From positions 1 to 35,720 of the forward strand of contig CAMFIY010000001.1 in the NCBI GenBank assembly GCA_945952575.1: a stretch of 35,720 bases of DNA. Direction: 5' to 3'. This DNA comes from an uncultured Leucobacter sp. (GTDB lineage Bacteria; Actinomycetota; Actinomycetes; Actinomycetales; Microbacteriaceae). Below, one piece after another: positions 28,394 through 35,720 of the stretch. Every line of letters starts with the position of its first letter. Position 1 is the first letter of the stretch. The position numbers and the translations under genes were made by a program. Below the pieces are notes generated by a model. The model did not search any database. It saw nothing but the letters and a program-made list of their open reading frames with translations, and was not told the origin of the DNA.

Positions 28394-28600
28394 TCAGACG
28401 GTGCGGGCGGCCAAGCGTGCGCGGGTGCGAGCGGCGATCACTTCGACGGCTTCGTCTACCGTGATTTCACCGCGCACCTGGCGAGCCAGAAGCTCCACGC
28501 CCTCAGGAGTCATTTCCTCGCCCGCGGCCTGCTGCCCGGCCTGCACTTCCGCAATGGCGCGCTGAACGTGCGCCTCGGATACGCGAGTCTTCGTAGCCAT
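28394..28600 (-). CDS. VbhA/FicA-like antitoxin
   Basis: 68-aa helical protein RAIAEVQAGQQAAGEEMTPEGVELLARQVRGEIT.DEAV directly upstream of the Fic-like remnant; AAGGAGG RBS. Confidence 0.75.
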   Translation of the reverse strand: MATKTRVSEAHVQRAIAEVQAGQQAAGEEMTPEGVELLARQVRGEITVDEAVEVIAARTRARLAARTV

Positions 28601-28712
28601 GCGGGGTGCCTCCTTGTGGTCGGCCTTACGGTTTCAGTCTACGCCGTGCCGCCGACATTCCTCCGGGAACTCGGCCCGGGGGTGCCGAATCGGCACCGAC
28701 ACAGCACGCCGT

Positions 28713-28931
28713 CTACGACCCGTCGGGGGTAGTGTCGGCGAAGAGGGCAAGGAACTTCTCGCGCGGGATCACGATGCGCCGCCCGAGCTTCACATGCGGG
28801 ATCGTGCCCTCGTTGATGCTCGTGGTGATCGTCCGGGGATCGACCCCGAGAGCTTCGGCGGCTTCTTTGCGGGTGATGACCAGGCTGCGCCGCTTGCGGA
28901 GGTCGTCCATGTCCAGGGTGCTCTGCCGCAT
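28713..28931 (-). CDS. Excisionase-like winged-HTH protein
   Basis: ITRKEAAEALGVDPRTITTSINEGTIPHVKLGRRIVIPR; start uncertain. Confidence 0.85.
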   Translation of the reverse strand: MRQSTLDMDDLRKRRSLVITRKEAAEALGVDPRTITTSINEGTIPHVKLGRRIVIPREKFLALFADTTPDGS

Positions 28932-28979
28932 GAGGTCACCGTCCGATCCAATAAACAAGGAGATTGAGGGGTGCCTACC

Positions 28980-29025
28980 ACGGTAGAAGCCAAACCTTGC
29001 TGTGTCAAGTACAACCATGTATGTT
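28980..29025. promoter_or_regulatory. Overlapping divergent promoters for xis and XRE/int
   Basis: Minus: TTGACA (29008-29003)-N17-TACCGT (28985-28980); plus: TTGCTG (28997-29002)-N17-TATGTT (29020-29025), 6 nt before ATG 29032. Confidence 0.65.
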
Positions 29026-29031
29026 CTTAAT

Positions 29032-29625
29032 ATGGAAACAGAGAGGGTGCGGGGCAACCCGCCAGGACACACCAACCAGTACGTCGCCGGCAACATCCGT
29101 GCGGCCCGTCAAGCGATCGGCATGGACTTGCGCACCATGTCGAAGCTGCTGACCGACGCGGGGCGCAAACTCTCCCCGTCCGGGATCAGCAAGCTCGAAG
29201 CCGGGGATCGCCGCGTGGACGTGGACGACCTGACCGTGATCGCCTACCTGCTGCGCACCACCCCGGCCGCGCTCCTCACCCCGCCCGACGCAGCAAGCGG
29301 CGTGACGGGGGTGCCTGGCGAGTATCTGCGGGAAGAGATCGAGAAGTGGATGCAGGGCTGGCTCACGCTTACCCCGGAGGGGCTGCTGACCTATTGGCAG
29401 CAGGAATGGTTCGCCTGCCAGAACCGCATCCAGTACTACGATTCCTCCCTCAGCATCCCCGGCAGCGACCAGCTCCCCAGCACCGAGACCTACATGCAGC
29501 GTCTCGCGGAGCAGCGGGAACGCGCACGGTTCATCCGGGTGCGCGGCGAACAGATCGACCCGACCGGGCGCGTATTCAGCGGCCCCGATTTCCTCGACCG
29601 ACTCGCCCCAGGCGGCACCGAGTAG
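29032..29625 (+). CDS. XRE-family HTH transcriptional regulator
   Basis: VAGNIRAARQAIGM...LSPSGISKLEAGDRRVDVDDL.VIAYLL. Confidence 0.88.
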   Translation: METERVRGNPPGHTNQYVAGNIRAARQAIGMDLRTMSKLLTDAGRKLSPSGISKLEAGDRRVDVDDLTVIAYLLRTTPAALLTPPDAASGVTGVPGEYLREEIEKWMQGWLTLTPEGLLTYWQQEWFACQNRIQYYDSSLSIPGSDQLPSTETYMQRLAEQRERARFIRVRGEQIDPTGRVFSGPDFLDRLAPGGTE

Positions 29626-29675
29626 CCCTCACACATCCCAGCGCGACCGACCTATCCAGCAGAAAGGATTAGGCA

Positions 29676-30959
29676 ATGGCACGAAAGACCACAGCCGCCG
29701 GGCACGACTCCGGCGCGGACACCGCCGGCAGGGAGGCGAAACCGGCGCGACGCTCCCGCTCTCGGCAGCCCGGCTCGATCCAGGGTTACGACACCGATAA
29801 GGGCAAGCGGTGGCGGTTCCAGATCTACGTCCTGAAAGACCCCGAGTACCCCGAGATGGGAATGCGGCGTCTCACCCGCTCCGGGTTCACCAGCACCGAC
29901 GAGGCCAACGACGCCTTGCAGGAGGCCTTGAAGCAGCGGAAACAGAACGAGAAGTTCGGAAACAAGGTGCCTACCGTTGGTGCGTACGCGGATGAGTGGG
30001 CGGCGGGCTTGAAGCTCGCGGCATCCACGATCAAGGGATACAAGAAGATCATCCGCAACCACATCACACCCCAGCTCGGCAGCATTCGGCTCGACAAGCT
30101 CACCGCCACGAGGATCGCTCGCCATTACCGCGACCTTGAAGACCACGGCCGCAAGGACGAATACAGCAAGGGGAGGCCGCTGACGGCCAACTCGGTTCAC
30201 AAGGTGCATGTCGTGCTGGGCGCGATCCTCGATGCCGCGATAGACGATGGGCACCTGACGGTGAATCCGGCGAAGAAGAAGCGCACCGTGAAAGCCCCGA
30301 CCACCAGCGAGGTGCGGGCGCAAAAGCCCGAGATTGCGACCTGGACGGCCGACCAACTAACCCTGTTCCTCACCTGGAACCGCGACGAGTTGGATGATGA
30401 GCTGTTCCCGCTATGGCGTCTCATCGCTTACACCGGCGTGAGACGCAGTGAAGCTCTGGCGCTCAAGTGGAGCGATATCAATGGCAAGGCAATGCGGGTG
30501 AGTATCCGCCGCGCGGTCGATACCGACGACTGGACGAAAACCAAGCCGCCCAAGACCGGGCAAGCCCGCGTCATCGAAATAGACACCGAAACCCTGAAAG
30601 TGCTCGCCTCGTACAAGGTCGCCCGCGCAGAAGTCTCGTTCGAGCTGGCGAAAGCCGACGCCTATGTGTTCGGAGACGACGACGGCCAGTTGCGCTCGCC
30701 CGACGCCATGACCAGCCGCTGGGATCGCCGCTTGAAATGGGCGACCACGAAGTTCGACAGCCTCCCCCGCGTCACGATCAAGGGGCTGCGTCACACCCAC
30801 GCGACGCTACTGCTCGAACTCGGGGAACACCCCAAGGTCGTGCAAGAGCGGTTGGGGCACTCAACGATCACCACGACGATGAACATCTACTCCCACGTCA
30901 CCCCCACCATGCAGAGGTCGGCCGTAGACCGCTTCGCCGCCCATCTTGGCCAGGCTTAG
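29676..30959 (+). CDS. Tyrosine recombinase/integrase
   Basis: N-terminal arm-binding region, SAM-like domain, YTGVRRSE, KGLRHTHAT, ERLGHS, IYSH; adjacent to tRNA. Confidence 0.96.
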   Translation: MARKTTAAGHDSGADTAGREAKPARRSRSRQPGSIQGYDTDKGKRWRFQIYVLKDPEYPEMGMRRLTRSGFTSTDEANDALQEALKQRKQNEKFGNKVPTVGAYADEWAAGLKLAASTIKGYKKIIRNHITPQLGSIRLDKLTATRIARHYRDLEDHGRKDEYSKGRPLTANSVHKVHVVLGAILDAAIDDGHLTVNPAKKKRTVKAPTTSEVRAQKPEIATWTADQLTLFLTWNRDELDDELFPLWRLIAYTGVRRSEALALKWSDINGKAMRVSIRRAVDTDDWTKTKPPKTGQARVIEIDTETLKVLASYKVARAEVSFELAKADAYVFGDDDGQLRSPDAMTSRWDRRLKWATTKFDSLPRVTIKGLRHTHATLLLELGEHPKVVQERLGHSTITTTMNIYSHVTPTMQRSAVDRFAAHLGQA

Positions 30960-30976
30960 CACTTTTTCTAGCACTT
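30954..30976. repeat. Putative integrase arm-type sites (right): TAGCACTT x2
   Basis: TAGCACTT at 30957 and 30969; GCTTAGCACTTT identical to 15203-15214. Confidence 0.7.
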
Positions 30977-31036
30977 CCGACGCGAATGACCCCCAACCCG
31001 AGAGATAAAATCCCAGGTCAGGGACCATTTCGTTCG

Positions 31037-31059
31037 CGTGCGCGAGGGGGGACTTGAAC
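31037..31059. repeat. att core within tRNA-Leu 3' end
   Basis: Identical to 15065-15087. Confidence 0.95.
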
Positions 31060-31122
31060 CCCCACGCCCTTGCGGGCACTGGCACCTGAAGCCAGCGCGT
31101 CTGCCAATTCCGCCACTCGCGC
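31039..31122 (-). tRNA. tRNA-Leu (anticodon CAG)
   Basis: GCGCGAGTGGCGGAATTGGCAGACGCGCTGGCTTCAGGTGCCAGTGCCCGCAAGGGCGTGGGGGTTCAAGTCCCCCCTCGCGCA; long variable arm; CCA not encoded. Confidence 0.97.
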
Positions 31123-31288
31123 GAGTCGTGGTGCAGCGCTCGAGAGCACCGCACAACCCGTTCAGCTTACCAACACCCGGCCGGCCCACAAAACCGGGGC
31201 GCCCGATCCGCGCCTGCCCGGCCCTGTCGACGCCGAACGGATCGCCGCGAACCGTGCGAACCTCGCGTGCCCGCCCGGTCGCATCGGC

Positions 31289-32755
31289 CTAGCTCGGGTT
31301 GGACTTGCCGATGTACGAGACCGGCTTCAGATCGCCCCAGTAGTCGCCCGGAGTGTTCTTCAGCAGGAAGTGCGTGTGCGGGCCCGACGTGCACCCGCTC
31401 ATGCCCTCGGTCGCGATCTGCTGCCCGGCGAGCACCCGGCCGCCGACCGTGATCCCGAGCGCCTCGCTCGAGCCGCGGGCGACGTGGTTCACGCTCGAGT
31501 AGATGATCTTGTCGTTGTAGCGGTGTCGGATGATCACGGTCTGGTTCTCCCCGTGCCACCAGCTCGGGTACACCCGGCAGATCCAGGGGACCCCGCCCCC
31601 GTCGTTGCCGGCCATGACGACCGTGCCGCCGTAGGGTGCGAAGATCGGTCCGCCCGCCGACGAGGCGACATCGACCGAATAGCCGTCGTGGTACCCCTGC
31701 GTGTAGCGGCGCGTGTCGGTCGGCCAGGCCCACCCTTTCGCGTTGCGCGGAGCCCTCAGGCCCTCGATCTGGGCGGGTGCGCTGACCACCGAGCGCGAAT
31801 AGTACTTCGGCTTGCTGCCGGTGATCCGCACCTTGATGAGCTTCCCGCGAAGATCCTTGGTGATGACCAACCGCTTCGAGGTCGCCCCGAGAATCCGGGT
31901 GCTGCCCGAGTACCACTGGTACTTGAACGTCGTGCCCTCGGTCCAGGTGCCGTGAGCCGCGCCCAGCATCCCGCCTTCCGCGACGATGCCGGCCACGCGC
32001 GCCTTCCCCGCCGTCAGGTACTTGAACGAGGTGATCGCGACGGTCTCCGGCGTGGTCTCGACCAGATCCGTGAAGCCCTTCCGCGTCTGGGTGACGCGCG
32101 CACTGATCTTCTTGCCGAGATCGTCGATGGTCAGCTTGTAGCTCGTGCCGGTCGCGCCCAGGATGACCCGCCCGTTCCGCAGCCACTCGATCGTGACGGT
32201 GCCCACGGTCGGCGTGAGCGGCCCGACCGTCAGCGTCTTCTCCACCTTCGTGTCGCCGCTGACGACCGGATTCAACGGAGCGAAGACGCCCGGCACGACG
32301 GGATCGGACGGATCCGAGATGGGATCGCTCGCGCTCGGCGTGGCGCCGATGGGAGTGATCCGCACGCTGATCCGTTTGCCGACATCGGCCGACTTGAGCC
32401 GATAGCTGGCCTCACCGGCTCCGCTGATCGCGACGCCGTTGCGCAGCCACTGGAACTTCGCATTCGCGGCGGCCACCTTCAGACGCTTCCGCACCTGGGC
32501 GGTGCCGCTCACCACCGGTTTGGGAGCCGGTGCGTTCTCAACGGCGATCGGCGCCTGCGGGTCGGTGGAGCCGTCGCCGACCGGCACCTGCTGGCCCTCC
32601 GAGCTGACCTGGGTCGGGGCCGATTGCTCCTCCGCGCTCGCACTGATCGGTGCCGTGATCAGTGTGATCGCCATCGCGGCGGCCGCGACGAACGTGGTCG
32701 GTCGGCGCCAAGACATACGCGGAGTACGCGCGAGTGTACCCTCCATGGATTCCAT
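31289..32755 (-). CDS. Secreted M23-family peptidase with three Ig-like repeats
   Basis: Signal peptide ending ASA; repeats P.VSG...V...L....QW.RNG..I.GA; C-terminal HDGYSVD, APYGGTV, VNH, SGPHTH; start 32755, 32746 or 32716. Confidence 0.85.
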   Translation of the reverse strand: MESMEGTLARTPRMSWRRPTTFVAAAAMAITLITAPISASAEEQSAPTQVSSEGQQVPVGDGSTDPQAPIAVENAPAPKPVVSGTAQVRKRLKVAAANAKFQWLRNGVAISGAGEASYRLKSADVGKRISVRITPIGATPSASDPISDPSDPVVPGVFAPLNPVVSGDTKVEKTLTVGPLTPTVGTVTIEWLRNGRVILGATGTSYKLTIDDLGKKISARVTQTRKGFTDLVETTPETVAITSFKYLTAGKARVAGIVAEGGMLGAAHGTWTEGTTFKYQWYSGSTRILGATSKRLVITKDLRGKLIKVRITGSKPKYYSRSVVSAPAQIEGLRAPRNAKGWAWPTDTRRYTQGYHDGYSVDVASSAGGPIFAPYGGTVVMAGNDGGGVPWICRVYPSWWHGENQTVIIRHRYNDKIIYSSVNHVARGSSEALGITVGGRVLAGQQIATEGMSGCTSGPHTHFLLKNTPGDYWGDLKPVSYIGKSNPS

Positions 32756-32844
32756 AACCCTGTAGCTTAGCCTGAGAGTTTTCTGGATGTCGAGCACAAT
32801 CTCTCGCGTCGTTACCGGGAGTGTCGCCGCATAGGGTGTAGAGC

Positions 32845-33336
32845 ATGGCGAAGCAGGGACACGGATCGACGCCGGCCACCGTCGCGCTGACCCGATCGGG
32901 CATCGCATTCACCGTGCGCGCATACGCGCACGACCCGGCGGAGACCGACTTCGGCGGGGAGGCGGCCCGCGCGCTCGGCGTGCCGGCGGAGCGCATCTTC
33001 AAGACCCTCCTGGCCGAGCTCGACGGCTCGCTCGCGGTCGCCGTCGTGCCGGTCGCCGGGATGCTCGACCTCAAAGCGCTCGCCGCAGCGCTCGGGGCCA
33101 AGCGCGCGCAGATGGCTGACCCCGCGGTCGCCGAACGGAAGACCGGGTATTTGGTCGGCGGGATCAGTCCGATCGGGCAACGCACCCGCCTGCGCACGGT
33201 GCTGGATGCCTCGGCGCGGTCCTTCGATACCGTGCTGGTATCCGGCGGTCGACGAGGTCTCGACATCGAGCTCGCGCCCGACGATCTCCTGCGAGCGACC
33301 GGAGCCGTGTACGCGGACGTCGGCCGCGCGGGATGA
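32845..33336 (+). CDS. ybaK: Cys-tRNA(Pro) deacylase
   Basis: TPAT, IFKTL, LDLKALA, TGYLVGGISPIGQ, VSGGRRGLDIEL; TAGGGT 7 nt before ATG (probably leaderless). Confidence 0.95.
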   Translation: MAKQGHGSTPATVALTRSGIAFTVRAYAHDPAETDFGGEAARALGVPAERIFKTLLAELDGSLAVAVVPVAGMLDLKALAAALGAKRAQMADPAVAERKTGYLVGGISPIGQRTRLRTVLDASARSFDTVLVSGGRRGLDIELAPDDLLRATGAVYADVGRAG

Positions 33337-33345
33337 CGCAGCTTC

Positions 33346-33381
33346 GGGATCCCGGCGCCCGGGACGCCTATCCGGGATCTC
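33346..33381 (+). terminator. Hairpin after ybaK
   Basis: GATCCCGG (33348-33355) / CCGGGATC (33372-33379); no strong U-tract. Confidence 0.4.
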
Positions 33382-33512
33382 AGACAACGCTTTGATTCCG
33401 ATGCCCGCGAACCCGACATGGGCGTCTGCGCCGCGGGGTATGCTCGGCCTGTGGCGGGGCTACCTACCCGCACAATCACTCCTTACTCATACAAAGAAGA
33501 GGAACTGGATCG

Positions 33513-34400
33513 ATGAAGATTCGCTACGTGATCCCTGCGCTCGCCGCAGCGGCCGCTCTCGCCCTGACGGGCTGCACGAACACGGAGGGCGGTGACACCA
33601 CCCCGACCTCGAAGGCAGCCGAGGGTATCCAGCCCGATGCCGCTGCGGTCGCGCTGCTCCCCGCGGAGATCAAGGACTCGGGCGATCTGCGCATCGGCAC
33701 CGACGCCGAGTACCCGCCGAACGAGATGAAGGACGACAACGGCAACCCCGTCGGCTGGGGAGTCGAGCTCGCCGACGCGGTCGCGGCCAAGCTGGGCCTT
33801 ACGCCGAAGTGGGAGATCATGGACTTCGGCGGGATCATCCCCCGGATCCAGGGCGGCACCCTCGACATGGGATCGTCCTCCTTCACGGATAACGCCGAGC
33901 GCCAGAAGTCGGTCGACTTCGTGAACTTCCTCAACGCCGGGAGCCAGTGGGCCGCGCCCAAGGGTTCGACAGTGGATCCGGAGAATGCCTGCGGCCTGAC
34001 CATCGCCGTGCAGGCCGATACCGTGCAGTACACCGATGAGCTGCCCGCGCGCAGCAAGAAGTGCGTCGACGAGGGCAAGAAGAAGATCGAGATCCTCAGC
34101 TTCCCCGGCCAGGCCGAGGCCACCGCTGCCGTGCTCTCCGACCGCGCTGCGGCAGTCACCGGCGACTCGCCGGTGATCGGCGACGCGGTGAAGCAGACCG
34201 GGGGCAAGCTCGAGCTGATCGGCCAGCTCTTCGACGCAGCGCCCTACGGCTTCGCGACGCCCAAGGGCGGCGAGCTGACCAAGGCGGTTCAGGCAGCACT
34301 GCAGTCGCTGATGGATGACGGCACCTACACGAAGATTCTGACTGATGCCGGAGTCGAGGCCGGTGCTCTCACGACCGCGACGATCAACGCCGGTAAGTAG
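33513..34400 (+). CDS. Polar amino-acid ABC transporter substrate-binding lipoprotein
   Basis: Lipobox LTGC; GTDAEYPPNE, SSFTDNAERQKSVDF, APYG. Confidence 0.93.
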   Translation: MKIRYVIPALAAAAALALTGCTNTEGGDTTPTSKAAEGIQPDAAAVALLPAEIKDSGDLRIGTDAEYPPNEMKDDNGNPVGWGVELADAVAAKLGLTPKWEIMDFGGIIPRIQGGTLDMGSSSFTDNAERQKSVDFVNFLNAGSQWAAPKGSTVDPENACGLTIAVQADTVQYTDELPARSKKCVDEGKKKIEILSFPGQAEATAAVLSDRAAAVTGDSPVIGDAVKQTGGKLELIGQLFDAAPYGFATPKGGELTKAVQAALQSLMDDGTYTKILTDAGVEAGALTTATINAGK

Positions 34401-34420
34401 CCAGAGGATCGACGCGAGTC

Positions 34421-35458
34421 ATGTCTGACACGCAGGATCGGACCGCGGGGCCACAGTCTCCGCGGTCCGATGCACACGCCGAGCCGGAGGCGATCCGAGC
34501 GATCCGCCTCCGCCATCCGTGGCGAAACGTCTTCGCCGTGGTTCTGGTCGTCGTCGCCGCGCTGTTCATCTACGACGCGGCCTTCAACCGGCCGACCTTC
34601 GACTGGCCGACCGTCGGCAAGTACGTCTTCGACGTTCGGGTCTTCCAAGCACTCGGCTACACCCTGCAGCTGACCATCTACTCGATGGTCATCGCGATCG
34701 TGCTCGGCGTGGCCATCGCCGTCATGCGGCAATCCCCGAACCCGGTCGTGAAGTCGGTGGCCTGGGTCTACCTGTGGCTCTTCCGAGGCACCCCGGTATA
34801 CGTGCAGCTGACCTTCTGGGGCCTGATCGCAACGATCTACCAGAAGATCGAGTTCGGGATCCCCGGCCAAGAGGCCTGGATCTCGATCAAGACGCAGGAC
34901 TACGTCAGCCTGTTCGCGCTCGCCGTGATCGGTCTCGCCCTCAACGAGGCCGCCTACATGGCCGAGATCGTGCGTGCCGGCCTGTTGGCGGTCGATACGG
35001 GCCAGGGAGAGGCGGCGACGGCGCTCGGCCTCGGCTGGTGGCACACGATGAGCCGTGTGATCCTGCCTCAGGCGATGCGCGTGATCATCCCGCCCACGGG
35101 CAACGAGGTGATCTCCATGCTCAAGACGACATCGCTGGTCACCGCGGTGCCGTTCTCGCTCGAGCTCTTCACGCGCACGCACGACATCGGGCTCAAGGGC
35201 TATACACCGGTACCGCTGCTGATCGTCGCGTCGATCTGGTATCTCGTGGCCACGTCGATCCTGATGGTCGGGCAGTTCTACCTGGAGCGCTACTTCGCAA
35301 AGGGTGCAGGTGACCGGCCGAACGTCCAGAACCCGACGATCGAGACCCAAGCTGTCGCGGTCGTGGGGCAGGGGTCCGGGCACCCGACCTATCGCACCGA
35401 GAGCGGGGGCGAGAGCATCGTTCCCCCGCACGAACGACCGGGGGGTGGTGGCGCATGA
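34421..35458 (+). CDS. Polar amino-acid ABC transporter permease
   Basis: FRGTPVYVQL, LNEAAYMAEIVRAG, GQGEAATALG (EAA loop), NEVISMLKTTSL. Confidence 0.95.
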   Translation: MSDTQDRTAGPQSPRSDAHAEPEAIRAIRLRHPWRNVFAVVLVVVAALFIYDAAFNRPTFDWPTVGKYVFDVRVFQALGYTLQLTIYSMVIAIVLGVAIAVMRQSPNPVVKSVAWVYLWLFRGTPVYVQLTFWGLIATIYQKIEFGIPGQEAWISIKTQDYVSLFALAVIGLALNEAAYMAEIVRAGLLAVDTGQGEAATALGLGWWHTMSRVILPQAMRVIIPPTGNEVISMLKTTSLVTAVPFSLELFTRTHDIGLKGYTPVPLLIVASIWYLVATSILMVGQFYLERYFAKGAGDRPNVQNPTIETQAVAVVGQGSGHPTYRTESGGESIVPPHERPGGGGA

Positions 35459-35671
35459 ACGCGCAGACGGCGGACACGCCCATGGTGAAGGCTGAGGCGC
35501 TCTCGAAAGCCTACGGATCGAATGAGGTGCTCAAGTCGATATCGCTCGAGGTCAAGCGCGGCGAGGTGCTGTGCCTGGTCGGGCCCTCGGGCTCGGGCAA
35601 GAGCACCTTCCTCCGCTGCATCAACCACCTCGAGACGATCAACGCGGGCCGGCTCTGGGTCGACGGCGAGC
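35455..35671 (+). CDS. Amino-acid ABC transporter ATP-binding protein (3' truncated)
   Basis: MNAQTADTPMVKAEALSKAYG..GPSGSGKSTFLRCINHLE (Walker A); runs into adapter. Confidence 0.92.
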
Positions 35672-35720
35672 CTGTCTCTTATACACATCTCCGAGCCCAC
35701 GAGACGCTCATGAATCTCGT
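35672..35720 (+). other. Nextera adapter read-through with i7 index (artefact)
   Basis: CTGTCTCTTATACACATCT CCGAGCCCACGAGAC + 8-nt index GCTCATGA + ATCTCGT (start of P7). Confidence 0.97.

Noticed and set aside
30861-31292. Short ORFs spanning the tRNA, and 31070-32770 on the + strand
   Set aside because: They overlap tRNA-Leu or are antisense to the M23 gene.

Overview
High-GC actinobacterial contig (gene content resembles Microbacteriaceae; inference) with untrimmed Nextera/Tn5 adapter at both ends (1-23, 35672-35720). From left to right: (i) tail of an operon encoding a pterin-synthase-like fragment, GT4 glycosyltransferase, SAM methyltransferase, flippase-like protein, RibD-like reductase and sulfatase-fold membrane protein; (ii) a SigL-like ECF sigma/zinc anti-sigma pair with two matching TGAAC-N16-CGT promoters; (iii) an accessory zone (7.4-15 kb) of secreted Ig-like-repeat proteins, a second ECF module, a decayed lipoprotein gene and an IS3 remnant; (iv) a ~16.0 kb integrative mobilizable element in tRNA-Leu(CAG), bounded by a perfect 23-bp direct repeat (15065-15087 / 31037-31059). 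It carries a tyrosine integrase, Xis, XRE repressor, MobF relaxase, a VbhA-like antitoxin with a Fic remnant, a CstR-type persulfide detoxification operon containing two paralogous Cys-rich microproteins, and a partly IS5-destroyed copper-handling operon headed by a His/Met-rich membrane protein ending in RRGPP (candidate ribosome-arrest leader); (v) core genes: M23 peptidase, ybaK and a polar amino-acid ABC transporter.
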